Position numbers and translations under genes: made by a program. Of a stretch of 64,000 nt of DNA, positions 48,946-58,846 are shown piece by piece. This DNA is from Candidatus Zixiibacteriota bacterium. GTDB taxonomy: Bacteria > Zixibacteria > MSB-5A5 > UBA10806 > 4484-95. Under the pieces are notes generated by a model that was given only the letters and a program-made list of their open reading frames with translations, ran no database searches and was not told the origin of the DNA. Each line of letters starts with the position of its first letter. Position 1 is the first letter of the stretch. The stretch spans positions 160,001-224,000 of the forward strand of contig JBBIRK010000006.1 of the NCBI GenBank assembly GCA_037441845.1, given 5' to 3'.

Positions 48946-50322
48946 ATGAAAATCGCTATCGGCGCGGATCATGCCGGTTTCGCCTTAAAAGAAGAACTCA
49001 AGAAACAACTAAGCGGAAAAGGTTTTACGATCGACGATTGCGGAACCTACTCCTCCGATCCGGTCGATTATCCGATCTATGCCCACGCCGTCGCCGTTCG
49101 CGTGGGACGGAACCAATGCGACCGAGGGATCATCATCGACGGTGCCGGAATCGGCTCATGTATCGTGGCCAATAAAATCAACGGCGTGAGAGCCGCCTCC
49201 TGCCACGACTTGTCATCGGCAAGAAACAGCCGCGAACACAACGACACCAACGTCCTCACCCTCGGCGCCGGATTAATCGGCCTCGAGCTTGCCCGCCAAA
49301 TAACCGATCTCTGGCTGTCGACCGAATGCACCGCGGAAAGACATAAAAAACGGGTGGCCATGATCACCGAAATCGAAAAAGGCAACCCCCCGGCTGTGAT
49401 CGCTCAGGCGGCATCGCCTGCCATACCCGAGCTCGGTCAGGAAGATATCCGGAAAATAGCCGAGAAAATCCAATCGCTCATAGGCGGTAGTTGTCGGGTC
49501 GTCGATAATGACATCGTCTGTTCTTCCGGACAGAACATTTTCATTCATTACGGCCACCCTACCAAGATCGATCCCGATTCGGTCAAGCATATGATAGACG
49601 CCGGCGCCGGAAGAATCGGCTATACTCCCGATGGCAACGATGTGCCGTCCGGAATCACCGAGCTGATCGACCACACGCTGCTCAGCCCTCAGGCGACACC
49701 CGACCAGATCAAAAAGCTCTGCGAAGAGGCCGTCGCTTACAAGTTCGCCACCGTTTGCGTGAATCCCTGTCATGTCAAGTTATGCTCACAGTTGCTGCGC
49801 GGCACTCCGGTCAAGGTATGCTCGGTGGTGGGCTTTCCGTTCGGGGCGAACACCTCCGAGATCAAGGCGATGGAGGCGCGCCGGGCGATTCGCGACGGCG
49901 CCCGTGAGATCGACATGGTGATCAATATCGGAGCCCTCAAAGCCGGCGATGACGAAACCGTGCTGAAAGATATCATGGCCGTCACCGAGGCCTGTCGTGA
50001 CGGCGGCGCGTTGTCGAAAGTTATTATCGAAACCGCCATGCTCACCGATGACGAAAAAATACGCGCCTGCAAACTCGCCAAAAAAGCCCGCGCCGATTTC
50101 GTAAAAACCTCCACCGGCTACGGCCCGGGAGGCGCCACCGTGCACGACGTGGCCCTGATGAGCGAGGCCGTCAAAGGAACCAAGATGGGTGTCAAAGCCT
50201 CAGGAGGAATAAGAAGTTTCGCGGATGCCAAAAAAATGATCCTGGCCGGTGCCACCAGAATCGGCGCCTCGGCAGGGGTCAAAATCACCCAGGAGGCCAG
50301 GGAGATCACCGTCTCCGAATAG
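48946..50322 (+). CDS. Fused RpiB-family sugar-phosphate isomerase and deoxyribose-phosphate aldolase (DeoC)
   Basis: N-terminal [39 protein letters not shown]-terminal [44 protein letters not shown]; one continuous reading frame. Confidence 0.93.
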   Translation: MKIAIGADHAGFALKEELKKQLSGKGFTIDDCGTYSSDPVDYPIYAHAVAVRVGRNQCDRGIIIDGAGIGSCIVANKINGVRAASCHDLSSARNSREHNDTNVLTLGAGLIGLELARQITDLWLSTECTAERHKKRVAMITEIEKGNPPAVIAQAASPAIPELGQEDIRKIAEKIQSLIGGSCRVVDNDIVCSSGQNIFIHYGHPTKIDPDSVKHMIDAGAGRIGYTPDGNDVPSGITELIDHTLLSPQATPDQIKKLCEEAVAYKFATVCVNPCHVKLCSQLLRGTPVKVCSVVGFPFGANTSEIKAMEARRAIRDGAREIDMVINIGALKAGDDETVLKDIMAVTEACRDGGALSKVIIETAMLTDDEKIRACKLAKKARADFVKTSTGYGPGGATVHDVALMSEAVKGTKMGVKASGGIRSFADAKKMILAGATRIGASAGVKITQEAREITVSE

Positions 50323-50356
50323 AAACGCATCAAATTACCCAAGCCAGGAGAACACT

Positions 50357-50980
50357 TTGCCCGATTTAAGAGCTTACGTCTTTCTCGATAGCATCCAGCC
50401 CCAATATGCCGCATTTCTCGGAACCGTGGCTCAGGGGTTTTTGCCGATAGCCGGCATGGCCTCGCTTTACGTGGAGATTTCCCCGGGGATTGAAATCAAC
50501 CGCATCACCGACATCGCCTTGAAATCCACCAAGGTCACCCCCGGTATGCAAATCGTCGAAAGGCTCTATGGTTTGCTGGAAATCCACTCGGAGTCCCAGG
50601 CCGATGTCCGCCAGGCGGGCAAGGCGATTCTCGATGCTTTGGGATTGCGCGAGGAAGACCGCTGGAAACCGAGAACGCTGTCAAGCCAGGTGATCAGACG
50701 TTTGGATGATCATCAGACGCAGCTGATCAATCGCATGCGCCACGGAAACATGATAATCGCCGGACAAACCCTTTACGTCATGGAGGTGGAACCCGCGGCT
50801 TATGCCGCATTGGCCGCCAATGAGGCTGAAAAAGCCGCCGAAATCAATATTCTCGAAGTAAGAGCTTTCGGTTCGTTCGGCAGAATCTACTTGGGCGGTG
50901 AAGAAAAAGATATCGATGTGGGACATCGGGCGGCGATCAAGGCTATCGAGGGCATCTCCGGGCGGACCATGACGAAATGA
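50357..50980 (+). CDS. BMC shell trimer, double-stacking type (BMC-Tdp, CcmP/CsoS1D-like)
   Basis: TTG start after [54 protein letters not shown]. Confidence 0.9.
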   Translation: MPDLRAYVFLDSIQPQYAAFLGTVAQGFLPIAGMASLYVEISPGIEINRITDIALKSTKVTPGMQIVERLYGLLEIHSESQADVRQAGKAILDALGLREEDRWKPRTLSSQVIRRLDDHQTQLINRMRHGNMIIAGQTLYVMEVEPAAYAALAANEAEKAAEINILEVRAFGSFGRIYLGGEEKDIDVGHRAAIKAIEGISGRTMTK

Positions 50981-51073
50981 AATCGGCTGAATCCGAAATG
51001 GTTCGCCGGGAAAACGCAAGGTCAATTTCGAATGCAATGGCAAGTTACTTTTATCCTTATGGAGGTTGATTAA

Positions 51074-51391
<318 letters not shown>

Positions 51392-51526
51392 CCGCCCGGT
51401 TCGGGCCGATGGCGCGGCGTAAACCGCAATTGTCTTGATCGTGAGCTTTCGGGTTCAATACCGCCTGCGGCCGCCTGGCCGCCCGGCCGAACCCGATCGA
51501 CCGAACCGGTCGCAGGAGAGGATAAC

Positions 51527-51844
51527 ATGCTTCTGGCAAAAGTGATTGGAACCGTCGTTTCCACTCGAAAAGAAAAAAGCCTCGAAGGCGTCAAATTCCT
51601 GTTGCTGCGACCGGTTGACCTCGACGGCAAAGAAAGCGGTGCCGGTGTCGTGGCTATCGATGCCGTCGGCGCCGGAATCGGCGAAATCGTGATGTTCGCC
51701 ACCGGTTCATCGGCCCGCCAGACCGTCATAACCGACAAACGCCCCTGCGATGCGGTGGTGATGGCGATTGTGGATAGCTGGGAAATCGAAGGTGCCACCA
51801 AATATAAAAAAACCCAAAAAGAACCGAACGTGGATGAAATTTAG
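51527..51844 (+). CDS. BMC vertex pentamer (BMC-P, EutN/CcmL family) 1
   Basis: AKVIGTVVST.K, AIDAVGAG.GE, GSSAR, DAVVMAIVD. Confidence 0.95.
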   Translation: MLLAKVIGTVVSTRKEKSLEGVKFLLLRPVDLDGKESGAGVVAIDAVGAGIGEIVMFATGSSARQTVITDKRPCDAVVMAIVDSWEIEGATKYKKTQKEPNVDEI

Positions 51845-51878
51845 GCCGCTCCGATCGTAATCAGGCGGAAAAATCATC

Positions 51879-53312
51879 ATGGCCGAACTGGATGAAAGAC
51901 AAATCGAGGCGATAGCCCGCAGGATCGTAGAGCATCTTTCGCTTGCCCGTAAAATGGAATCGCCCGGGCCGATCGTCCCCGATTTGGGTGACGGGATATT
52001 CGCCGATATCGATTCGGCAGTTCAGGCCGTAACCGCCGCCCAGCGCCAATTTTGCAATATGCCCCTGGCCAAACGCGATGAAATAATCTCCGCCATTCGC
52101 AAATCGATGCTGGAAAACGCCGAAATCCTGGCAGAGGCCGCTCACGCCGAAACCGGCCTGGGACGCGTCGAAGATAAAATCCGCAAGAACAAACTGGTAA
52201 CCGAAAAAACGCCGGGCACCGAAGATCTCTATCCGACCGCCCGCACCGGCGACCGTGGTTTGTCCCTTTTCGAAGCGGCTCCTTTTGGAGTCATCGCCGC
52301 AATCACGCCTATCACCAACCCGACCTCGACAATAATCTGCAACACTATCGGAATGATCGCCGCCGGCAACGGGGTCGTTTTCAATGTTCATCCGGGTGCG
52401 CGCAAGGTGTCCATTCAAAACGTTATTTTGCTGAACAAGGCGATAACCGGAGTCGGCGGCCCGCCCAATCTGGTGGCGGCGATCGCCGAACCTACCGTCG
52501 AAAGCGCTCAACGACTGATGCAACATCCCGGGATAAGGCTGATCGTGGTCACCGGCGGCGAGGCGGTCGTGCATTTCGCCATGCACAGCGGCAAAAGGGC
52601 GATCTGCGCCGGTCCCGGCAACCCGCCTGTGGTCGTCGATGAAACCGCCGATATCCCCAAAGCCGGAAAAGATATCGTTCAAGGCGCTTCGTTCGATAAC
52701 AATATAATCTGCACCGATGAAAAAACGACTTTCGCAGTCGAATCGATCGCCGTCGACCTGCTCCACGCAATGTCCGACAACGGCGCCTTGGTCTTGAATA
52801 CCTCTCAGGCCGCCCAGCTCGAACGATTGATTTTCGAAAAAAACAACGGCCCCGGGAAACCGGCGGTCATGAATAAATCGCTGATCGGAAAAAACGCCTC
52901 GTATATCGCCTCGAAAATCGGCCTGAATATAAGCGACAGCATAAGGTTGTTGGTTATCGAAACCGACAAAAACCACCCGCTGGTCTGGACCGAGCAGATG
53001 ATGCCGGTCATGCCGCTCGTCCCGGTAAAATGCGCCGACGAGGGCATCAATCTGGCCAAATTGACCGAGCGAGGATTCCGCCATACCGCCTCGATGCACT
53101 CCCGGAATATCGCCAATCTTTCTCGTATGGCGCGGGAGATGGACTGTTCCATTTTCGTGAAAAACGGCCCCAATTACGCCGGTCTCGGCATGGGCGGCGA
53201 GGGTTACTGCTCGTTTTCGATCGCCTCACCCACCGGCGAGGGGTTGACCAGGCCGCGCAGTTTCACCCGTGAACGGCGTTGTGTTCTCGTCGATCATTTC
53301 CGGATCGTTTGA
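51879..53312 (+). CDS. CoA-acylating aldehyde dehydrogenase (EutE/PduP family) with N-terminal encapsulation peptide
   Basis: ETGLGRVEDK, TPGTEDL, ITPITNPT, VTGG, AGPGNPP, SFDNNIICTDEK, EQMMP, PTGEG; N-terminal DERQIEAIARRIVEHL helix. Confidence 0.95.
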   Translation: MAELDERQIEAIARRIVEHLSLARKMESPGPIVPDLGDGIFADIDSAVQAVTAAQRQFCNMPLAKRDEIISAIRKSMLENAEILAEAAHAETGLGRVEDKIRKNKLVTEKTPGTEDLYPTARTGDRGLSLFEAAPFGVIAAITPITNPTSTIICNTIGMIAAGNGVVFNVHPGARKVSIQNVILLNKAITGVGGPPNLVAAIAEPTVESAQRLMQHPGIRLIVVTGGEAVVHFAMHSGKRAICAGPGNPPVVVDETADIPKAGKDIVQGASFDNNIICTDEKTTFAVESIAVDLLHAMSDNGALVLNTSQAAQLERLIFEKNNGPGKPAVMNKSLIGKNASYIASKIGLNISDSIRLLVIETDKNHPLVWTEQMMPVMPLVPVKCADEGINLAKLTERGFRHTASMHSRNIANLSRMAREMDCSIFVKNGPNYAGLGMGGEGYCSFSIASPTGEGLTRPRSFTRERRCVLVDHFRIV

Positions 53313-53313
53313 T

Positions 53314-53934
53314 ATGGCGCAGACCAAGAAAAATACGCCTGATGCAAATACCGATTTTCCCGCTGTCGCTTTAATCGAGTTCTCCAGCATCGCTGTCGGC
53401 GTTCTGGCCAGCGATGCCATGATCAAGAAAGCCCCTCTGACGATGATTAAATCCGGCACGGTTCACCCGGGGAAATTTCTCACCATGATAGGGGGAGAGG
53501 TCGCGCCGGTCGAGGAGTCGTATCGCGAAGGACTGCGAATCGGCCGATCCGCGGTTATCGACCATGTTTTCCTGCCTGATATTGCGTCTCAAGTGATCGC
53601 CGCCGTCATGGGTGAAAAAACTGAAAGCGAAGCCGAATCCTTGGGAGTGATCGAAACCTCGACCGTCGCCTCCAATATCAAGGCGGCCGATGCCGCCGTC
53701 AAGGGCGCCCAGGTGACCATCCTCGAAATCCGCCTGGCCGACGACCTGGGCGGCAATTCGTTCACCTATTTCAACGGCAATTTGGAAAATATACAGGCGG
53801 CTATTCATATCGGCTCGGAACGCCTAAATGGAGACGCAGTGCGATTGCACACGGCCATTATCCCGCGAGCCGACTCGATGCTTTTGACCGAAATAAACCG
53901 TAGCAGCCGATTCTGGAATCAAACCGCAAGATAG
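53314..53934 (+). CDS. BMC shell trimer, single-layer type (BMC-T, PduT-like)
   Basis: Two BMC domains: ALIEFSSIA.G...DAMIK...HPGKF..IGGEV and LGVIET...AADAAVK...EIRLADDLGG. Start taken at ATG 53314. Confidence 0.9.
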   Translation: MAQTKKNTPDANTDFPAVALIEFSSIAVGVLASDAMIKKAPLTMIKSGTVHPGKFLTMIGGEVAPVEESYREGLRIGRSAVIDHVFLPDIASQVIAAVMGEKTESEAESLGVIETSTVASNIKAADAAVKGAQVTILEIRLADDLGGNSFTYFNGNLENIQAAIHIGSERLNGDAVRLHTAIIPRADSMLLTEINRSSRFWNQTAR

Positions 53935-53950
53935 AAGATGTAATGTCGAT

Positions 53951-54223
53951 ATGATGCTGGGAAAAGTCATAGGCACCGTGGTCTCCTGCGTGACCTATCG
54001 AGGTTTGGAGGGGGTCAAATTCCTCATTATCCAGCCGCTCGATAAACGTCGCGAACCGGCGGGCAGTCCGTTTGTGGCTGCCGATGCCACCGCGATGGCT
54101 GGTCCCGGCGAATTAATCTATTACGAGGGAGGCCGCGAGGCTGCCCTTGCGTTGCCTACCTCTTTCGTCCCGGTTGATCACTCGGTCATTGGTATCGTGG
54201 ATGGTGTTGATTTGGAAAAGTAG
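53951..54223 (+). CDS. BMC vertex pentamer (BMC-P) 2
   Basis: GKVIGTVV, AAD...AGPGE, REAA.A, PVDH.VIGIVD. Confidence 0.92.
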   Translation: MMLGKVIGTVVSCVTYRGLEGVKFLIIQPLDKRREPAGSPFVAADATAMAGPGELIYYEGGREAALALPTSFVPVDHSVIGIVDGVDLEK

Positions 54224-54231
54224 GGGAAACG

Positions 54232-54519
54232 ATGCTTATCGGCAAAGTCTGCGGAACCGTCTATTCCACGATCAATCATCCCTTTTATGATGGCAAAAAG
54301 CTGATGCTTATCGATAAGCTGTCGCTGCCGGACATGACCCCCTCAGGATATATTATTGCCATCGATTCCGTGGGCGCCGGCGTGGGGGAAACCGTCCTGG
54401 TCGTCGATGAGGGAAACTCGGCGCGTCAAGTGGTCGACGATCAAAAGGCGCCGCTTAGGTCTGTGATCGTAGGAATAATCGATCAAGTCGTGGCGCGGTC
54501 GAATTGGGCGGCAATATAA
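54232..54519 (+). CDS. BMC vertex pentamer (BMC-P) 3
   Basis: GKVCGTVYST, AIDSVGAGVGE.VLV.DEGNSAR, IVGIID. Confidence 0.92.
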   Translation: MLIGKVCGTVYSTINHPFYDGKKLMLIDKLSLPDMTPSGYIIAIDSVGAGVGETVLVVDEGNSARQVVDDQKAPLRSVIVGIIDQVVARSNWAAI

Positions 54520-54525
54520 TTTGCC

Positions 54526-54611
54526 GTATACAATGTATACAGTCACATATTCAGGAACAATTATTTGAGATTTTAATTGACAATCAAATATTGATAGTAT
54601 ACAATGTATAA
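54526..54611 (+). promoter_or_regulatory. sigma70 promoter with two copies of a 15-bp palindromic operator
   Basis: TTGACA(54577)-N17-TACAAT(54600). GTATACAATGTATAC at 54526-54540 and GTATACAATGTATAA at 54597-54611, the latter covering the -10. Confidence 0.7.
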
Positions 54612-54661
54612 TAAATGCGGGGCGGGATAACCACTATGGCCAGCAACACTCAACAATCCAA

Positions 54662-55021
54662 ATGAGGCAACTTCCTTTGGGAAGCGAAAACAGATCCGTC
54701 GATCCACCGTTCTTCTGGAACGCCGAAAACAAGCGGCCCAAACCCGCAGATAATAATGTCGATAACGAGTGGGATTATACCCCTATCGCGCTGATTAGCA
54801 AAACCTCCCCGCGAGACGGCAGCCGCAACGCCGCTCGCGCCGGCTTGAAGGAAGGCTGGATACGCGCCACCTTCATAATCCGCGAAAACAACCTGAAAAA
54901 GCTGAAAGAACTCGCCTATTGGACAAGAAAAGATCTCAAACAAGTCGCCGATGAAGCTATAGCCGCCTACCTCGCCGCCCATGAATCGTTAATCGATAAA
55001 AACAAAAATAAAACATCATAG
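54662..55021 (+). CDS. Small protein with C-terminal ribbon-helix-helix (CopG/ParG-like) DNA-binding domain
   Basis: RATFII beta-strand followed by helices LKKLKELAYW and LKQVADEAIAAYL; low-complexity N-terminus. Start uncertain. Confidence 0.68.
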   Translation: MRQLPLGSENRSVDPPFFWNAENKRPKPADNNVDNEWDYTPIALISKTSPRDGSRNAARAGLKEGWIRATFIIRENNLKKLKELAYWTRKDLKQVADEAIAAYLAAHESLIDKNKNKTS

Positions 55022-55162
55022 CCTATTTTAATACGCCCGCTGATATCCTGATACGCTCGCTTCATTTTTTGCCTTTGTAAACGGCACCCGAGGAACAATA
55101 CACAGGGGAAAATAAGTATTATCTGATGTATTTGAGCAATCAACCGAATGTGGAAAAAGTGA

Positions 55163-56131
55163 ATGATGAGGCAATTTAGCGGAAATATTCAGGTTTCAGC
55201 CATCGTTTTTCTGGCTGTTGCTGCCTTCTGGTTTGCCGAAGGACAATCATTATCGGCCGATGACCAGCCAAAAGAGGATAAAATGAAATTCAATGAATTA
55301 TCGCCCCAAGAAGAATGGGTGATCGTCCATAAAGGGACCGAGCCTCCTTTCAGCGGCAAATACTACAAACATTTCGAAAGCGGGACCTATGTCTGCCGGC
55401 GTTGCGGCACGCCCCTGTATCGATCATCCGACAAATTCGACTCCGGCTGCGGTTGGCCCAGTTTCGATGACGAAATCCCCGGCGCCGTCAAACGCAGCCG
55501 CGATTCCGACGGCATGAGGATCGAAATCACCTGCGCTAAATGCGGCGCTCATCTCGGTCATGTTTTCGAGGGCGAGGGGTTGACTCCCAAAAACGTTCGC
55601 CATTGCGTCAATTCCATCTCCCTTGATTTCGTGCCCGCCGAATCGACGACCACCGAAACCGCCTATTTCGCGGGCGGCTGTTTTTGGGGAACCGAACACC
55701 TTTTGAAAAGTATGGACGGCGTAATCTCTACGCGCGTGGGGTATATGGGCGGCCGCACCGAATCACCTACTTATGAGGATGTTTGTCGAGGGAACACAGG
55801 CCACGCCGAAACCGTGGAAATCGTTTTCGATCCGACCCGCACCAGTTTGGAAAAACTGGCTCGTTTCTTTTTCGAAATCCACGATCCCACCCAACTGAAC
55901 CGCCAGGGACCCGATGTCGGCTCACAATATCGCTCGGCGGTTTTTTATGTCAATGATGCCCAGAAGAAAATCGTCGCGCAATTGATCGAAATCCTGAAAT
56001 CACGCGGATACAAAGTCGTCACCCAACTCGCACCGGCCGAGAAATTCTGGCCCGCCGAGGACTACCATCAAGATTATTACGAAAGGACCGGCAAAGCTCC
56101 TTACTGCCATTTCTATCAGAAACGGTTTTAG
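55163..56131 (+). CDS. msrBA: Bifunctional methionine sulfoxide reductase MsrB-MsrA with signal peptide
   Basis: MsrB: GTEPPF, CRRCG, GCGWPSF, HLGHVF, RHCVNS. MsrA: AGGCFWG, TGHAE, HDPT, QYRS, AEDYHQDY. Confidence 0.95.
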   Translation: MMRQFSGNIQVSAIVFLAVAAFWFAEGQSLSADDQPKEDKMKFNELSPQEEWVIVHKGTEPPFSGKYYKHFESGTYVCRRCGTPLYRSSDKFDSGCGWPSFDDEIPGAVKRSRDSDGMRIEITCAKCGAHLGHVFEGEGLTPKNVRHCVNSISLDFVPAESTTTETAYFAGGCFWGTEHLLKSMDGVISTRVGYMGGRTESPTYEDVCRGNTGHAETVEIVFDPTRTSLEKLARFFFEIHDPTQLNRQGPDVGSQYRSAVFYVNDAQKKIVAQLIEILKSRGYKVVTQLAPAEKFWPAEDYHQDYYERTGKAPYCHFYQKRF

Positions 56132-56416
56132 GCTCATGCCCATCTTCCAAACATGAGTTCGCTTGACTACGCCGGCGAACGATAAGGGAGCTGTCGAGAT
56201 CGCCCCCGAGCAGATCGATTCCATTAAATACGATAGAATTCCGCAACTGAAATTCTATAGTTGGAATTACCTGAAGCCGATAACCGAGGATAGGAAATGC
56301 CGTGTTCGCCACCTGTCTATCCGTCTTATTTCTTTGAACATGCCCGTCCCCAAAAGTACCGATAGAAATCCACCAGATATCCGGGATCCACGATCGCGGA
56401 ATTTTCCGAAAATAAC

Positions 56417-56445
56417 TTGACACATTATGAGCATATGCTTATTAT
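56417..56445 (+). promoter_or_regulatory. sigma70 promoter with a palindromic operator in the spacer
   Basis: TTGACA-N17-TATTAT; imperfect palindrome ATTATGAGCATATGCTTATTAT with perfect core AGCATATGCT. Confidence 0.7.
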
Positions 56446-56466
56446 ATCGCCGAAAGGAATTATCCA

Positions 56467-56961
56467 ATGGCTCGGCCGCAATGCCCCCGCATCATTAAGA
56501 ACCTTCCCAATGTGGCTTATTACAAGCCCCGGGCGGTTCCGCTTTCCCAGCTTGAAGAAGTCATCGTTACTTTCGATGAATATGAGGCGGTGAGACTGGC
56601 CGATCTGGAGGGGCTGTATCATGAAGAAGCGGCATCCAGGATGAAAATATCGCGTCCTACTTTCGGACGCATTATAGAATCAGCCCGCAAAAAAATCGCC
56701 GATGCGCTTATTAACGGCAAAGCTATAAGAATCGAAGGAGGAGTGATTAAGATGCCACCCAAGAGACTGTTTCAATGTTTCGATTGCGAACACGTATGGG
56801 AAGTTCCTTTCGGGACCGGCCGCCCCCAATCCTGCCCGCAATGCGGCGGAGTGAATTTCGGCAGAGCGGACAAACAAAGGGGATTCGGGCATGGCGGCAA
56901 AGGTGTCTGCCGCCATAAAGGCCCCCGAATGCGGATTACTGCCGGCAAGGAGGACAAATGA
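56467..56961 (+). CDS. DUF134 (UPF0251) HTH protein with C-terminal zinc ribbon
   Basis: MARP..PR.I, DEYEAVRLADLEGL..EEAA..M.ISR.TF.RI..SARKKIADAL..GKAIRIEGG; CFDC.H.W...CPQCG. Confidence 0.9.
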   Translation: MARPQCPRIIKNLPNVAYYKPRAVPLSQLEEVIVTFDEYEAVRLADLEGLYHEEAASRMKISRPTFGRIIESARKKIADALINGKAIRIEGGVIKMPPKRLFQCFDCEHVWEVPFGTGRPQSCPQCGGVNFGRADKQRGFGHGGKGVCRHKGPRMRITAGKEDK

Positions 56962-57350
56962 GAATCGCCGTGGCCACAGATGACGGAATTTCCATAGCCG
57001 AACATTTCGGCAGATGCGCCGGTTTCGATATTTTCGACGTCTCCGAAAAAGAGACGATAAAGATAGAACACCGTCCCAACGTTAACAGCCACCATCATCG
57101 CAACCAAAAAGAATGCGATCACAGCGGACATCATGCAGGCTCGCATAGCCACGAATCGTTCCTGAACGCGCTTTACGATTGCGGCGCCGTGATCTGCCGG
57201 GGCATGGGACGCAGAGCGGTAGCTGATTTGACCGCCAAAGGGATAAGACCGGTGATGAGCAGCCAGGATGTCCCGGTCGCCGAAGCGGTCAAGTTGTTCG
57301 CGGCGGGACGCCTTATCGAGGCGAAAGATTCGCCTTGTTGTTCGCATTAA
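56958..57350 (+). CDS. NifB/NifX-family cluster-binding protein with His-rich loop
   Basis: MRIAVAT.DG..IAEHFGRC..F, VICRGMG.RA; His-rich segment HHHRN...HSGHHAGSHSH; C-terminal CCSH. Confidence 0.88.
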   Translation: MRIAVATDDGISIAEHFGRCAGFDIFDVSEKETIKIEHRPNVNSHHHRNQKECDHSGHHAGSHSHESFLNALYDCGAVICRGMGRRAVADLTAKGIRPVMSSQDVPVAEAVKLFAAGRLIEAKDSPCCSH

Positions 57351-57451
57351 AATCCGGCGTTTGATTTTCGAACCGGATACCTGCGGTTTGTCGATTGCCG
57401 GAAAAATTCCGATTCGCGAAACGCCCGAGATCGTAATCAAACAGAGGGAAT

Positions 57452-58324
57452 ATGAATAACGATGCCGATCTGCACGAGCGGTTGCTGAAATTTCAGAAAA
57501 ACGAAATAACCGAGCATCATATCTATGCCCGGTTGGCAGCCTCTACTCGATCCGCCGAAAACAGAAAAATTCTCGAAAATATCGCCGCGGACGAACTTAG
57601 GCATTCCCGAGTCTGGCAAAAACACACCGGCGAAGATATCGGGCCCTCGCGGCTCAAAGTGTTGGTGTATTATTGGCTGAGCCGATTGTTGGGTTTAACT
57701 TTCGGCATCAAGTTGATGGAGCGCGGCGAGGCGGAAACTCAAGAAATGTATGAGCTGCTGAACGGCGTAATCGAGGGCGCCGAGCATATAATTCACGACG
57801 AAAACGAACACGAAAAAGCCTTGATCGGCCTTCTGGACGAGGAACGGCTTCGCTATATGGGCTCCATCGTGCTCGGGTTGAACGATGCTCTGGTGGAACT
57901 CACCGGCGGCCTGGCCGGCTTGACACTGGCATTGCGCAATACCAAGCTGGTCGCCCTGAGCGGGTTGATCGTCGGCGTTGCGGCGGCGCTTTCGATGGCG
58001 GCATCGGAATATATTTCCACCAAGACGGAAAAATCTAAACGGAATCCGCTGCGATCGTCGGTTTACACCGGCTTAGCTTACATTGCGACGGTTTTGGTGC
58101 TGATATCGCCCTATTTGGTTTTTTCCAATTCGTTTCTCAGTCTGGCTTTCACGTTGGCGGCGGCGGTTCTCGTAATCGCCGCATTCAATTATTACATCTC
58201 CGTGGCGAAAGACGAATCTTTCGGCAGACAATTCGGAGAGATGGTCATAATCAGTTTGAGTGTGGCCTTTTTATCGTTCGGTCTGGGACACGTCTTGCGC
58301 GTATTTTTCGGCGTGGAGGTTTGA
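57452..58324 (+). CDS. Rubrerythrin-like domain fused to a VIT1/CCC1 iron-exporter domain
   Basis: NEITEH.IY...DELRH and ERGE...DENEHE motifs; SIVLGLNDALVELTG, AALSMAASEY; C-terminal transmembrane helices. Confidence 0.9.
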   Translation: MNNDADLHERLLKFQKNEITEHHIYARLAASTRSAENRKILENIAADELRHSRVWQKHTGEDIGPSRLKVLVYYWLSRLLGLTFGIKLMERGEAETQEMYELLNGVIEGAEHIIHDENEHEKALIGLLDEERLRYMGSIVLGLNDALVELTGGLAGLTLALRNTKLVALSGLIVGVAAALSMAASEYISTKTEKSKRNPLRSSVYTGLAYIATVLVLISPYLVFSNSFLSLAFTLAAAVLVIAAFNYYISVAKDESFGRQFGEMVIISLSVAFLSFGLGHVLRVFFGVEV

Positions 58325-58408
58325 TCGAAATGTCCTTGCCGCCGAAATTACGCAAACGCGGATAAGTTTTATTCCGCCGAAGCTGGACGAAAAAAAAAGA
58401 AGTCGCAA

Positions 58409-58831
58409 ATGAATAATGATTTATCCGACATGAGCGCTCGACATGGTCATGTCCGCTGTTTGCTCTGCGGAAATGAAAATCCTCTATCGCTCGGGCTTAA
58501 CTTTCGGCCGACCGGGGACGATTCCGTTGCTGCGGTATATCAGCCGCCCTCGAATCTGCAAGGATATGACGGATTGTTGCATGGCGGCATGGCGGCCGCA
58601 CTGCTCGATGCGGCGATGACCCATTGCCTTTTTCACCATGAAATCAGCGCTTTGACCGGTGATCTGCACATTAGATATAAGCATCCCATACCGATCGATA
58701 CGCCGCTGGAAATCAAAGCCAGGCTCGTTCTGGCCAGACCTCCCCTTTACCGCCTGCGAGCGGAAATCGTTCGAGGGGATTTTCTGTTCGTATGGGCCGA
58801 AGGCGATTTCTATCAAAGGCGATCCACCTGA
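58409..58831 (+). CDS. PaaI-family hot-dog thioesterase
   Basis: CLLCG..NP.SL.L.F, QGY.G.LHGG...ALLD.AM, T.DL.IRY..P. Confidence 0.88.
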   Translation: MNNDLSDMSARHGHVRCLLCGNENPLSLGLNFRPTGDDSVAAVYQPPSNLQGYDGLLHGGMAAALLDAAMTHCLFHHEISALTGDLHIRYKHPIPIDTPLEIKARLVLARPPLYRLRAEIVRGDFLFVWAEGDFYQRRST

Positions 58832-58846
58832 AAAGCGGAGCAAGAT

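Noticed and set aside
51861..53099. 412-aa minus-strand ORF
   Set aside because: Antisense shadow of the aldehyde dehydrogenase gene; no recognisable motifs.
56163..56420. 85-aa ORF between msrBA and the DUF134 gene
   Set aside because: TTG start with no clear RBS, no motifs, and it ends in the next promoter; probably non-coding.
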